DNA of 63,995 bases, the filler included, from Reticulomyxa filosa (taxonomy: Eukaryota; Protista; Foraminifera), in assembly GCA_000512085.1 (NCBI GenBank). It is 18 parts of 18 records of this genome, joined end to end, with 100 filler letters (N's around TTAATTAATTAA, not from the genome) between each part and the next. Parts side by side here need not be neighbours in the genome. Positions count along the whole stretch, not along the records: positions 1 to 17,602 come from ASPP01007874.1; 17 more parts are not named here. One strand, written 5' to 3'. Below are positions 1-11,490 of this stretch, one piece after another (within the stretch, counting starts at the first letter, position 1; each line of letters begins with the position of its first letter). Made by a program: the position numbers and the translations under genes. Under the pieces are notes generated by a model. The model ran no database searches, was not told where the DNA came from, and saw only the letters and a list, made by a program, of their open reading frames with translations.

Positions 1-127
1 TTTTTTTTTTTTTTTTTTTTTTTATTAAAAAAAAAAAAAAAAAAGACTTTGTATTAACTATGTTATGCATTCATTTATGTTTGTTGTTATTGTTAGAGGG
101 AAAAACAATCGAAAGAAGAAGTAACTT

Positions 128-1488
128 TACCTCAAACGTAATCCTTTGCCTCAAATAATACTGCAATTGTGGAACCAACAACAACTTTGCCATAACCTTT
201 GCAAACACATCGGCGACCTTGATATTACTATGTGCCCCCAGCGGGAAAAAGTATCGAATAAGACATTGTCGGAAGGACTTTTTGCCATGCTCGTTCATAT
301 AGCGATTGAAAGCCATCACATCTCTTTCCCACAGTCCATCGGAAAAGGACACTGTGACTTCGCCGTATCGAATGATACCTATATTGCTGTCCTCCTTGGC
401 ATTGCCGTCCAATTGACGCAGCTTTTGCAAATGCCCAAAGCGCTTCATGAGCGCCTGCGTGGGGTCCAATGCGATATAAGCCGCCATCAAATATGAATAG
501 GGATGAGGCATCCGACGTCGCAATGTGTTGAAAATTATCTTGGCTTCTTTTTCGATCGAGTTTTGCATGTTTGGACGAACGTCTTGGCCGTACGGGTCAA
601 ACATACATGATACCAAGTCGTGTAGATTTTGATACATTTGATGACGATCTGCCAATCCAGCTCCCAACACCTGCATCAGCCCCAGTCCAACAAACAATCA
701 GTTCATACGTTTTATTTGATGTTATATTATTGTATTTCTGTAGTACAAACAAGAAAGTACACATCACCCATATATGCAATATAATGTTAATATTGTATAT
801 ATGTAATAATAATTGGGACAGTGACACGTAGGGCAGCGTACCTCTCCTAAAAATGGAAATCGATATTCGACCAGCATCAAAGACAAGGGACTTCTTTTTC
901 CAATGTCCATTAACAATCGAAACGTTTGTTGCAAATGTTCCGAGTTATGATAGGTCCATCCTTATCAATTTGTTTTCGGTCCATAAAAAAAATTAATTTT
1001 TTTTTTTTTTAATATTATTTTCCCCCTTTATCGTTAAAGGTGTTTAAATAAAAAAAAAAAAAAAAAAGAATAGACTCTGATTATATAAACGAATTTATTT
1101 AGTTCAACTGAGGTGAGCTCTGTTAGTTCTCTCCAACAAGTCTTCATACACATAGACGTACATTGTAGCAATTTGATGTCTTTTCTCTTCGGATATGATA
1201 TCGTTGACCCAAGCATCAAGCATTAACAAGTCTTGGGAGACAAACTTTTTGTTGGATGACACTCTGTCCCATTCCGCTGGGATTTGGTCCATGCTTCGTT
1301 TGATGCATGGATCATCTACATTAAAGTCATCACTGCTCCACAAGTTTACAAAGTCATCAAGTTGTTGTGGCCATGAATCACGTTCTTTAACCTAATCATC
1401 AATACACACACATATATACATATATACATATATGCATATATGTGTATATATTAAGTAGTATATACATTACGTTCCCATGTTGTTGTTT

Positions 1489-1527
<39 letters not shown>

Positions 1528-3853
1528 GATAACATACCCACACATCATCGTCAACAAAAAACTCTTTAGAAATCTTGGCAACGGTTTGTTGGTCAATGCG
1601 TTCGACGTAGATGCGAACTTCCGTGCATTTGAACAAAACATTGAACCAATAAATGGAGCGCAAAAGCAATTGGAACTGTTTGCTTTGCAAGAGATGCCTA
1701 TAGTCGGTTTGCAGTTTGAAATCGTCATAAAAGCCTCGAACCCACTGAATGATTTTTTCCATATGTTCGTGTATATCTTCGAGCATTTGTTCTCTAGACT
1801 TGACAGAGATGGCGACATCATCGTTGGTGGTAGAGAAAGGATCTTCCGACTCTTTGCCGTCCTTATCCTTATCCTTGTTCTTGTCTTTGTCTTTATCTTT
1901 ATCTTTGTCTTTCGATCGACCTTGTTGAACGGCAAGCGTGTTGGCCGAGGACTCGAACACTACGAACAAGTCAGCGAGTATACCTTCGTCCAAAGACCCT
2001 TTGAAGTCTTCATTGTTTCCAGTCTCTTCAAAGGTTTGCAAAAGCAAGTGAACAATGTTAAGAAAGCATGCATACATCCAATAAATGCAATGTTCGAGAA
2101 AAGGTTTCCTCAATATATTGGCGATCTTTTCGCCGTCGATTTTGTTTTGTTCACTGGGTTGAGGTGTCTGATGGGCTTGATGAAGCTGAGACTGAGGCGA
2201 GGACTTGGCATTTAGCACATACAATTTCAACGCGCATTGGATTGTGTAGTAATAGATGCACACTTTGTAATAGTCGCAAGTGGACAGCGATGCAAACGAG
2301 TCATCGGGCCACGCCATACCATTGCGATAGCAACGATTGCCAATGCCTGCGTCTTCATTCCCTACGTCTGTCAGACGAGTTTGTCGTGTCGACTCTAAGT
2401 CATTTTCAGAATCGCGTTCTTGTTCTGGTTCTTGTTCCTGTTCTTGTTCTTGTTCTTGCTCTTGTTCTTGTTCAGGTTCAGTTTCATGTTCAATTTCAGT
2501 TTCATTTCCTTGTTCATATCTATTTCCATTTCCATTTTCATTTCCATTTCCATTTCCATGTTCATCACCATGTTCATCTCCATTTCCATTTCCATTTCCA
2601 TTTCCATTTCCATTGGCATGGCCATTACCTTGATTCACTGTAGACTCAATATCTCCACTATTTTCATTTACATGTAACGGCTGTTCTTTCTCCTCATTGG
2701 GGTGTTCGCTACTGCGTGCAGACAGTGTTTTATGGGTTTGCTCTCGCTCTTGTCCCTGATGATGATGATCATCATCATCATTTTCTTCTTCTTCTTCTTC
2801 TTCTTCTTCTTCGGCTTCAACCGTGCTGACATTGTCACGACTCGTCGAGTCACCAGGGTGCTCTCGCACAGTCCCTAGGTCGGACGTCTTTGTACTTTTG
2901 CGCTCGTGTCCGTCGGTCGAAGACATCCTCGAGTTATTGCTCGTCACATTAGGGGTTTTCATCTCGTCGTCAGTCTCTTTTCTTTCCTTTTCCGCTTTCT
3001 TGTTGTTCTTGTTCTTTTTGCTGTCTTTGTCTTTGTCATCTTTGTTATTATCTTTGTCATCTTTGTCATCATTGTCGTCTTCTTCCTCTTCTTCATTATC
3101 TTCTTCATCATCATTATCATTATCATCATCATCATCTTCTTCTTCTTCTTCTTCTGCCGTCTCTGCGTCTTCTGTTTCTATGTCTGCCGCATCTTCCTCC
3201 TCCTCTTCGTCGTCTGCTTCGCTTGGGTTCGATCGCGAGTTCGACAACATTGCCGGATGCAATGTCAAGTTCGGACTGGCTAGGCTACCCATCTCCTCAC
3301 TGTGGCTTGTCATATTCCCCGTCGTTCCGACATTCGCGTTTGCATTTGCATTTGCATTTGCATTTGCATTTGCATTTGCACTTGCATTTGGTATTGTTGT
3401 CGTGACTGCTGGCACTGGCGTTGTTGTCGCTGCTGTGGCCGCTGCGACTGTTGTTGCTGCAGTTCCACTTGCTGTCGCGGCTGTGCTTGCTGCTGCGACT
3501 ACTGGCGTACTTGCATTCGCATTCATGCTTGGGTTTGTGTTGGGGTTGGGGCTTGGGCTGACGAGGTTGTCACTTGTCACTGTACTCCCTTGGCGCGGTG
3601 GGCTCATTGGGTCGTCCGCAAACTGGGGGGCAAAGCCGTCAAGATCTAGACCATCGTTCGATTTCTTTTCTTCCTTGCCTTCCTCTTGATCCTCTCCTTG
3701 GTCGCTTTGAGAAACTGGAGGTTTCCTTTGTCTACCAGCAGGTTGAGCATCTGAATCTGAATCATTATTAAATAACGGATCATCTGTATGAAAACCAGAA
3801 CTACTCTCATCTTTATCTGCCTTATCTGGCTCTGTGTCGGATTGATCTGACAT
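128..3853 (-). CDS. Large multi-exon hypothetical protein: acidic, low-complexity N-terminus and globular C-terminal region; runs off the left end of the window
   Basis: ORF 1451..3940 with likely start MSDQSD at 3853. Further in-strand exons at ~1104-1392, ~841-960 (GWTYHNSEHLQQTFRLL...) and ~128-700, bounded by GT/AG. Contains (AN)n, (GN)n, (EQ)n, (DK)n and poly-E/D tracts. Family not recognised. Confidence 0.7.
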
Positions 3854-4169
3854 GGATTTTAAAGTGCGTTTTAGGGGTTTTTTTATATTTAAAAAAAAAT
3901 AAAAAATGTGAACAAAAAAGTTCACTCGGCTTGAGTGCAAGCGCTGAAGCTAGATCAAACCAAAGAAAAGAGAGAAAGATATATGAAAGATCAAAAACCT
4001 TTCTTGTTCAACAACAAAAGAGGATAGCACACAGTTCATATCGATGGTGCAATGGATAACATTAAATTTACAGTCAAACTAGACGCCAACGTGTGAAAGT
4101 GGCTAGCGATGAATAATAGAGGACAACAACTAAAAGCAGTGAGCAGAAGATATAGTATGAAAGTGGCAA

Positions 4170-5297
4170 TTAAGCTCTGCTTCCATTAAATGTGGAGCAC
4201 AAAGTTTTGAACTCCCTTTGTACTTTTGCGGTGATTGGTGTCGGGAAAAACCAAGTGAAACTGAAAGGTTCTCCAAACACAAGTTGGAAAGACTCGTAAC
4301 CCGTCTTTCTGTCCTTTTCGTGAATAGTACGATGTTGAATGATGTCAATATAGGAGACATTGTTCCAAATACTCGAAATCTGTCCACAGCTCATCCCGCA
4401 CGTGAACAGCCCAAACAAAATGGCTTCCATCATGTTTAACATACAACAGAGGGTATCTCCAGGAGATGGATTGCAATACGTGTATTCCTCATCGATCGAA
4501 CCCAATTCGGAGTTGGCCCGATTTGCATCTGTTTCTTGGATCGGCGAACCATTTTCATTGAATGCGTCCTCAGAGAGAGAGCAATGAGCAAAGCGCCAAG
4601 TCAATGTTGAAAAGCAAAAGACACAACAAAGACATGTGTAGAATAGGAACAATACGAAATACTTTTGATTACACATTGCCACACAATTATTCACCTATTA
4701 TGATGATTTCCATGACAAAGTCTTTTGCTACTACACAAAAACATTGTTCTCCATTCAACAACACAACAAAAAAAATTACCCATGGACAATGGTGATCCAT
4801 TCGAATTATGCATCTGGGTTTGTGAAGGAAAGAAACAAAACAACAACAAAAATGTGCAATCACATAAAACTCTTTTTTTTAATAAAAAAAAAAAAAAAGC
4901 ACGTTAGTTCAATAATTGTTTGCACGCTGTGTTACCTTCCACAAATTGAACAGTGATGTGCACTTTGGGGCTTGTATTGACGGCACTTTTGACAATATCG
5001 TGCATTACTATCATTATTATGACTGTTCATCAGAGGCTGCTCCACGTCAAATGATGTTCCCTCATTTAATGGGACCGCTCCAGGATTCGAAAACTGCGTC
5101 TTTGCGTGGCTTAACACTGCCAATGAAGTCAACGCCATGTACAATGTTGACAAGAAACTAAAATAACCAAACCTTGGACCAATCACCAACGTCAATTGCA
5201 CGCCCAGAGCAAAAAACATGAGACAAGGTGTGAAAATACCACAAAAGACACCAGGATAATCCTCTTTCACCCACCAAAATGTCTTATTGGAAGACAT
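4170..5297 (-). CDS. DHHC-type palmitoyltransferase, 3 exons (5297-4936, 4813-4780, 4694-4170)
   Basis: Spliced product reads [50 protein letters not shown], the canonical DHHC cysteine-rich domain with flanking TM helices. GT..AG introns of 122 and 85 nt keep the frame. Confidence 0.96.
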
Positions 5298-5714
5298 AGA
5301 TGATAATTATTTGATGAATTTACAAAGGATTCTCGTTAAAACTGTCCAATCTTAATTAAAAGCATTTACTTGAAAATTAGATTTCTTTTTAATCTATATT
5401 TACGAATTGACCTTGTGCTAACATCAAAAGTATCACTGTTGTAAAATTAAACTTCTAAAGAATTATAAAAAAACAAAAATACTTTATCGTTCAAGGTGTC
5501 TAATCATTTATACTTGGGAAAAATTTGTCACCACGAAGGTCACTCTCACAATTGTGTGATAAAATATTGAACTTGATGGTCTGTAAGAGTTCAGATAATA
5601 ATCAAAGGCATTTGAAAGTTATGAAATGTTGCATTGCATTTTCGTGCAACATTTCGAGCACGCATCAAGATATTATTCGCAATTACTGTAATAATTCACA
5701 AAAATATTTGTCCC

Positions 5715-7257
5715 TCACTTCTGTTTTAAACAATCCTGACCTGATGGTACAGTTAGAAAGAACGACAGAACATCTTCTGGATTTAAACACCACACCATTA
5801 AATTTTCCTTGTTCTGTTCTAATCGAATTGGAACCTTCCATTGCTTTAATTCATTTTCCATATTCGTTTTCAAAAATTGAGATTTACTACGCAAAATTTT
5901 GATAGCATTGTCCTCAAATCTTTTTTTTAATAAATCTCTTTGATAAGTCATCAAATATCGCAAAAAAAAAATAGTCATTGTTGTGGACATAAAACGAAAA
6001 TCCAACAATGTTTGATGCTTATTGGATGAGTTAATGTTCCAATAATTAAAAGAATGAATATAATTTGATTTTTGAGATAATATTCTTTCAATATCTCTCA
6101 CTCCCTTCATCCAACATTTTTTATTTAATAAGATGTAAGAATCCACTAAATTTTTCATATTTGGCAAATAAATAGAAGTACGTTCAGATTCGACATTTGG
6201 ATATAATTCTTTTTGAAAAATATTTAAAAATTGCTGATGATGAAATGCTAATCGTTCAGTTTTATCTGCATTCAATGTTTCCATTATTTTCAAATGTCCA
6301 ACACCTTTCAACGAAATCAATTTTTTATTTTTTAAATCAATTACGTTTTTTGAGGCGAAATCAGGAATGTGATTATCACAAAAATCAAACATTTCTTGCA
6401 CTTTGTTAGCTTTTAAAAAGCCTGATAGTACGATTGTGCATGATATTGCATTGATCGGAATACCTAGTTTTGTTTGTGAATCATTCAATAGTTTCATCAT
6501 CTCCATTGCTTTTCCACACTTGGCATATACATTTAACATTGCATTAAGTAATATAGTATCAATTTTAAGGGAAGAATCATTTTGCAATTGGTTCCAAATT
6601 AATTCAGCATTTTTCATATCGCAAGCATCTCCACAAAATGATAACAAAAAGGTATAAGTGCTTAGAGCAGGCTTGATATTATGCTTATCAATCATCAATT
6701 GGAGATAATTTAATGCTTGTTCAATTTTCTTTTGCTTTCTGCACATACTAATCATTATGTTTAATATGGCACAATCAGGGATCAATTGTTTATCACCAAA
6801 TTGATGCTGTTCTGGATTAAACCATCGTTCAAAATAATATTTTTGCAAATCAAATTTATTCCATCTTCCCAAATGATCCAAGGCCACACCACAAAATATG
6901 ACAGTTAATTGAATTTGTTTGGCATGTGCGATTTGGATGATCTTAGGGATTGCAGCTGAACGCTTCAATTCTGAACATTTCTTGATCGCAACAGAATAGA
7001 TAGAACAATCTTCACATGGACTGAATTTGAGATGTTGAAGAATATCTTCAACCTTTTTCGCGTCTTGTATTACTTTTTATCATATTGGAATAAGCCAGGT
7101 ACTCTCGTTCTTGTTGGTGCGTCAATCCGATCATCTGATCGTCTACTAGAAGTATGTTGAGATTCTTTTTTCCAGTGGGCTTGCCTTTTATCTGCTTGAT
7201 AGCACTGTCTACGAAGAAAAAGGATATTGCATACTTGTGTCTTTTTGGAAAGTCCAC
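5715..7257 (-). CDS. Pentatricopeptide-repeat (PPR) protein, with one +1 frameshift in an A-run near 7074-7078
   Basis: PPR motifs (ILNIMISMC, TYTFLLSFCG, LLNAMLNVYAKCG, SCTIVLSGFLKAN). ORF 7048..7257 joins ORF 5715..6968 if one A is removed. Confidence 0.85.
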
Positions 7258-8268
7258 ATTTAAAAAATCTCACTGTAATAGTTGTTATGATCATTGCTAC
7301 ACATACTTCATTATAGCTTAAAGAGTTTGCTAAATTATTGAACTTTGTGTTCACTTTTAATTGGAAAAAAAACACACTAGAGTTTGTGAGTTGTTGGTTT
7401 ATTTTTTACTTTAGCTGATTCCTGTTTATCATTGGGTTTGCTTATTGAGTAACCTTCGTTCTTTTGTTATTGGTGTGTACAATTCGAATATAATAGTATT
7501 GCAAATCAATGAAGATTTTAAAAGCATGTCAATGCACTTTTAAATTCATTGTCTTCTGCGCATGATCGATTTATGTTTAAGTGTATTTTTTGTTATCGTT
7601 ATTGCCTTCAATGTGTCAGTGGACAGAAGAAATTAAAACTTTACAAACAATACATATTGAATTAATTTGAATTCCTGCAATTTATAGTAAATACATTATA
7701 TAATAGGATATTTCATAAGTGCATAAAGTTCCAATTTTCTTTAAGTAAGCACAAGAGAACTTTTTTACAGTTTAAAGATAGTTAACAAAATATGTGGTCA
7801 TTTTAGATTATTCAATGTCGGAGAACAATGTAATTATAGCGATCATGTTCAATAAAATCAACTTGGTCATTGTTTTCGGATGTTGATGCTAGCATTTGCA
7901 GTTGTAAAATATAAGTTATCTGTTTGCCACGTGTAGTGAGAGACTAGTCATGTTGATATTTTTTGTTTAAATCCATTTGTTATGATGGCTGAGTCTGCTT
8001 TGCGACTTGGGATCACTACGACGCATATTTTTTCTTTTTTGCTTCTGTTGCTATCTTGTCATGTATTTAACAATCACTGATGAAGTTGCAATAAAAAATT
8101 TTTCCATAGAGTTAAGTAGTTAGTAAAAGTTAAGACATATTGGCAGACTCACAGCAAACCGGCTGGGTTACTCCTTGTTGAAAAAAATTCAAGTTCTGCC
8201 AAGTTCGTTAAGTTCTTTTTTGAAAACTTACTTTCAGATAGTCATTGCCAAAGCAAATATACTGTAAC

Positions 8269-9259
8269 ATGGCGAAGCGTATGACTAGAGAAGAAAAAAT
8301 GGAAAAAGCATTGAAAGCGCTATATGATTCAGTTGAGTACAGCGCCTTTAGCGAAAGATTGTATTAGAATAACATTGTGTTACTGTTGGTGACAACTTTC
8401 AGAAACAAGTATACACACGAAAAGATGTTGAACCACTATTGAAAGACGTTGGAATCGGTAAAAACAATAAAATTTTCTACTTTTGTTGGCCTTTTTAATT
8501 TTGAATGTTTTTGGTTGGTTGTGTTGCAACCAATCACAGCCCGTAGTGCTATTCAAGATACCATAACTTGGTTGATTGAGGAAAATAAGGCACACGAAGA
8601 AAAGATCGGCACCAGCAATTATTTGTGGGCTTTTCAAAGCGAAGCCTTTGTTCAAGTACCTTTTCTGTTTCACCCAATCAAATATTTATTTTTGATTGGT
8701 TGTCAATTGCCAAGTGTAAAAAGAAACTGCAAAAAAAACATAGCAAACAAACAACATTGGAAAATTGGAAAAAGAAATACAAAGCATGGAATCAAAGATA
8801 GCTCAGATGGACAAAAATATTGAAGCAGCCAAAGCTGCGAGAGTGGATGTTAAGTATTCGTATGTTGCTGCATGCATTTTTTTCTTAGGAGATTAAAAAA
8901 TGTTGTGTGGAATGAATCTTCAGCCTAATAGACAAAGTAAGTTAGAAGAGATCACAGCTCTTGACAGTAATATATCCAAGCTTAACGAGGAGCTGCAAAA
9001 ATATAATGATTGCGATTCGGCTGACTACGAAGCTATAAGTTAAGCTTGATGTTTTATTTGCTGTTATAAGTGCTCAACTATTGTGTTTGTTTCCTATTAA
9101 ATTTCAGAAAAAGGCGTCGAGACAGCCAGAGCGGCAATGGAGCGCTGGACAGACAACATATTCGCAGTTGCAAAATCAATCAAAGAGAGAAGTGGTGTTT
9201 CAAATGAAGAATTTCTAAAAAAATATGATTTGAAAAGTGACTTTGATTATGTTGAGTGA
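8269..9259 (+). CDS. MND1: Meiotic nuclear division protein 1 (HOP2-MND1 complex), 6 exons: 8269-8331, 8403-8457, 8540-8655, 8744-8848, 8924-9038, 9108-9259; 201 aa
   Basis: Hand-spliced 606-nt frame with Mnd1 hallmarks: MT.EEK, EKIGTSNYLWAF, LQKYNDCD, ERWTDNIFAV and terminal DFDYVE*. All introns are GT..AG. Confidence 0.95.
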
Positions 9260-9756
9260 ACACGTTCAAAAAAAATTAAATCGCTCAAATATAAAATTCC
9301 ACTTTTTTTAAAAAAATTCATGTTTCAAACGACAAAAAGTTTCACCACCAAACTAAAACACAAATTGACTAATGCCACAAGTAATTTCAATTTACTCAGC
9401 ACTATAAATAACATAATGCCGCTACCAATCGAGATAAGTATTTCAAAACATCTTACTAACAATTTAAAACGACAGCGTCTTCTTAAAATAACTTGCAAAA
9501 ATACTTGAAAATTTAGTAGTGATACATACGAGCTTAAAAATGAACCACGTGTAAGATTGTGCTCGGAATAACAAAATAAAAAAGAAAGATTTGCTGGAAA
9601 GAAAAAGGACCCCAAGGTTTCTTTAGAAACTTGTTGCCGGTGGTAGCTTGCCTACATGAATATCCATAAAGTCTATGATCTTAGTATTTCTTCAAAACGT
9701 ACAGATTATTGCATTCGAGTCAAATGATTACGTTCTTCCAAAAAAAAAGCAATACT

Positions 9757-11121
9757 TATATTATATTTTTGTTGAAATAATGACGAAATATTGGCAACGT
9801 GTAGATGCACAGACATTTATACCGTACTGGTCCAGAAGTTGAGTAATTGTCACTAGTATCTTTGTTTCATTTTTTCAAAACCTAAAAATTACACGTATTT
9901 TTATGCTGTTTTCACTAAAAGATAGCCATGTGCAGTTGATATTTTTCAAAAAATTTCAGCAACAAAAAAAGTAAAAAACACCAAGATTAAAACGTCCACT
10001 TACCACCTTTTTCCGACATGCTACCTAGCGAAACCGTCACAACAGATGCTAGAAACCAAATAACTTCTGTTATGCGAATTATTCTACACACAAAAAAAAA
10101 CAAGAAAAAACAAAAGCGATTACTTTACACAACAACACAAACGGTCATAATAAGCTTCAGCGAAACGAAATGATAACAAGATTGCTGAGCAATTTACAGC
10201 CATATCTACAATTATCGCAACTTCCAATAATTTTCCAAGTCCCGGCATTGACATTGTGATGTAGAGAAGCGTCACAGTAACCACGCAAAATGTGTATAAC
10301 ACAAACAATTTTTTCACAAGCTTCTGTATCTTTTTTTGCATTTCAGTACTAAAATTATGTAATTTCAGCTATTTGTTTTTATTTGTACATGAATTACAAA
10401 AAAAAACAATCAATCTTTTTTTCCTCCTTTCAAAAAAAAAAATTTGAACGTAAACTACTTAGCGCTTTTTTATTTGATCATTAACTTTGTAGACAAACAA
10501 GGCAAATAGTCCAATGTTACACATTGCATCCATAAACATTCCTGCGATCGAAAAGGGTTTCCCAGGAGCATCTGCTTCGCAATAACACAACCCATAAACA
10601 ACATACGCAACAAAAACCCACCAGGTAACCAACAAGAGAGTATAAATGCCCAATCGGGTCGTTCTCGAGGTTTGGTATGGAGTATTTTCAAATGCTATAA
10701 TTAACCGGATCGCATATGTTAAATACATGGAGATACGCGCAGATATTGAAAAAATTAACGAATGCCAAGCATATGAACAAATTTTTCCAATATCTAAAAA
10801 CACATACATGCACACTTCAATAATACTACTTGCTGATAGCATTGTTGATAAAACAACGGTTAACGTCACTGTAATTTTTACTCTTATGTCAATATCGTAG
10901 GCATTTCCTGTTGGCTCAATATCGTCATTGTCAGTATCAGGGACCTCAGTGTTGCTATCAGTAATTGAACCCAGTCTAGCATCAGTCTTTGAACTTCTCC
11001 AAAAGAAGTGGGTCACAATACACAACAAACACAACTCGAACACTAGTACCACTGCCATCATGGTTAGTGATCCCATAAACATGCCCATGCTTGTAAAATG
11101 TACTTGTTCTGGTCGTAGCAT
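9757..11121 (-). CDS. Multi-pass (about 7TM, GPCR-like) membrane protein, multi-exon; 3' end uncertain
   Basis: Five hydrophobic segments in ORF 10459..11301 (from M at 11121) and two more in exon ~10368-10121, which ends DMAVNCSAILLSFRFAEAYYDRLCCC. Small downstream exons at ~10083-10003 and ~9859. Confidence 0.65.
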
Positions 11122-11490
11122 CACTTGTTTGCTGAAAAAAAGACTAAAAACTAAAATACAACTTTTTTGTGTTTGTGGAAGGACCAAAACAGTGTGAAAC
11201 TGATTTTCTACAAATAAGTCGGGCCTTTCTGTTCGCTTAATGATCTTAATAATTACAATTGAGGCACTAATTCTGAATGTATACTCAAAAAGCCAAAACA
11301 CTTGGGTGTGAACAGCAAGGGAATAAAAAGCTCAGAAATCGCAAAAAAAATTTTGAGTGTTGTTGATGAGTTAGTATATTTTATGTTTTGTCTTAATCGG
11401 GACGACTGAATTCTTCTTGACGAAAAGCATTATTTCTTATTGCCTGTGCTTTCAATTGAAGTGATATTTTTTTTTACTAAACGGTTCAAA

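Noticed and set aside
1442-3771. Long + strand ORFs (poly-S, FAFA, FHFH, CICI)
   Set aside because: Antisense shadows of the microsatellite-rich minus-strand gene.
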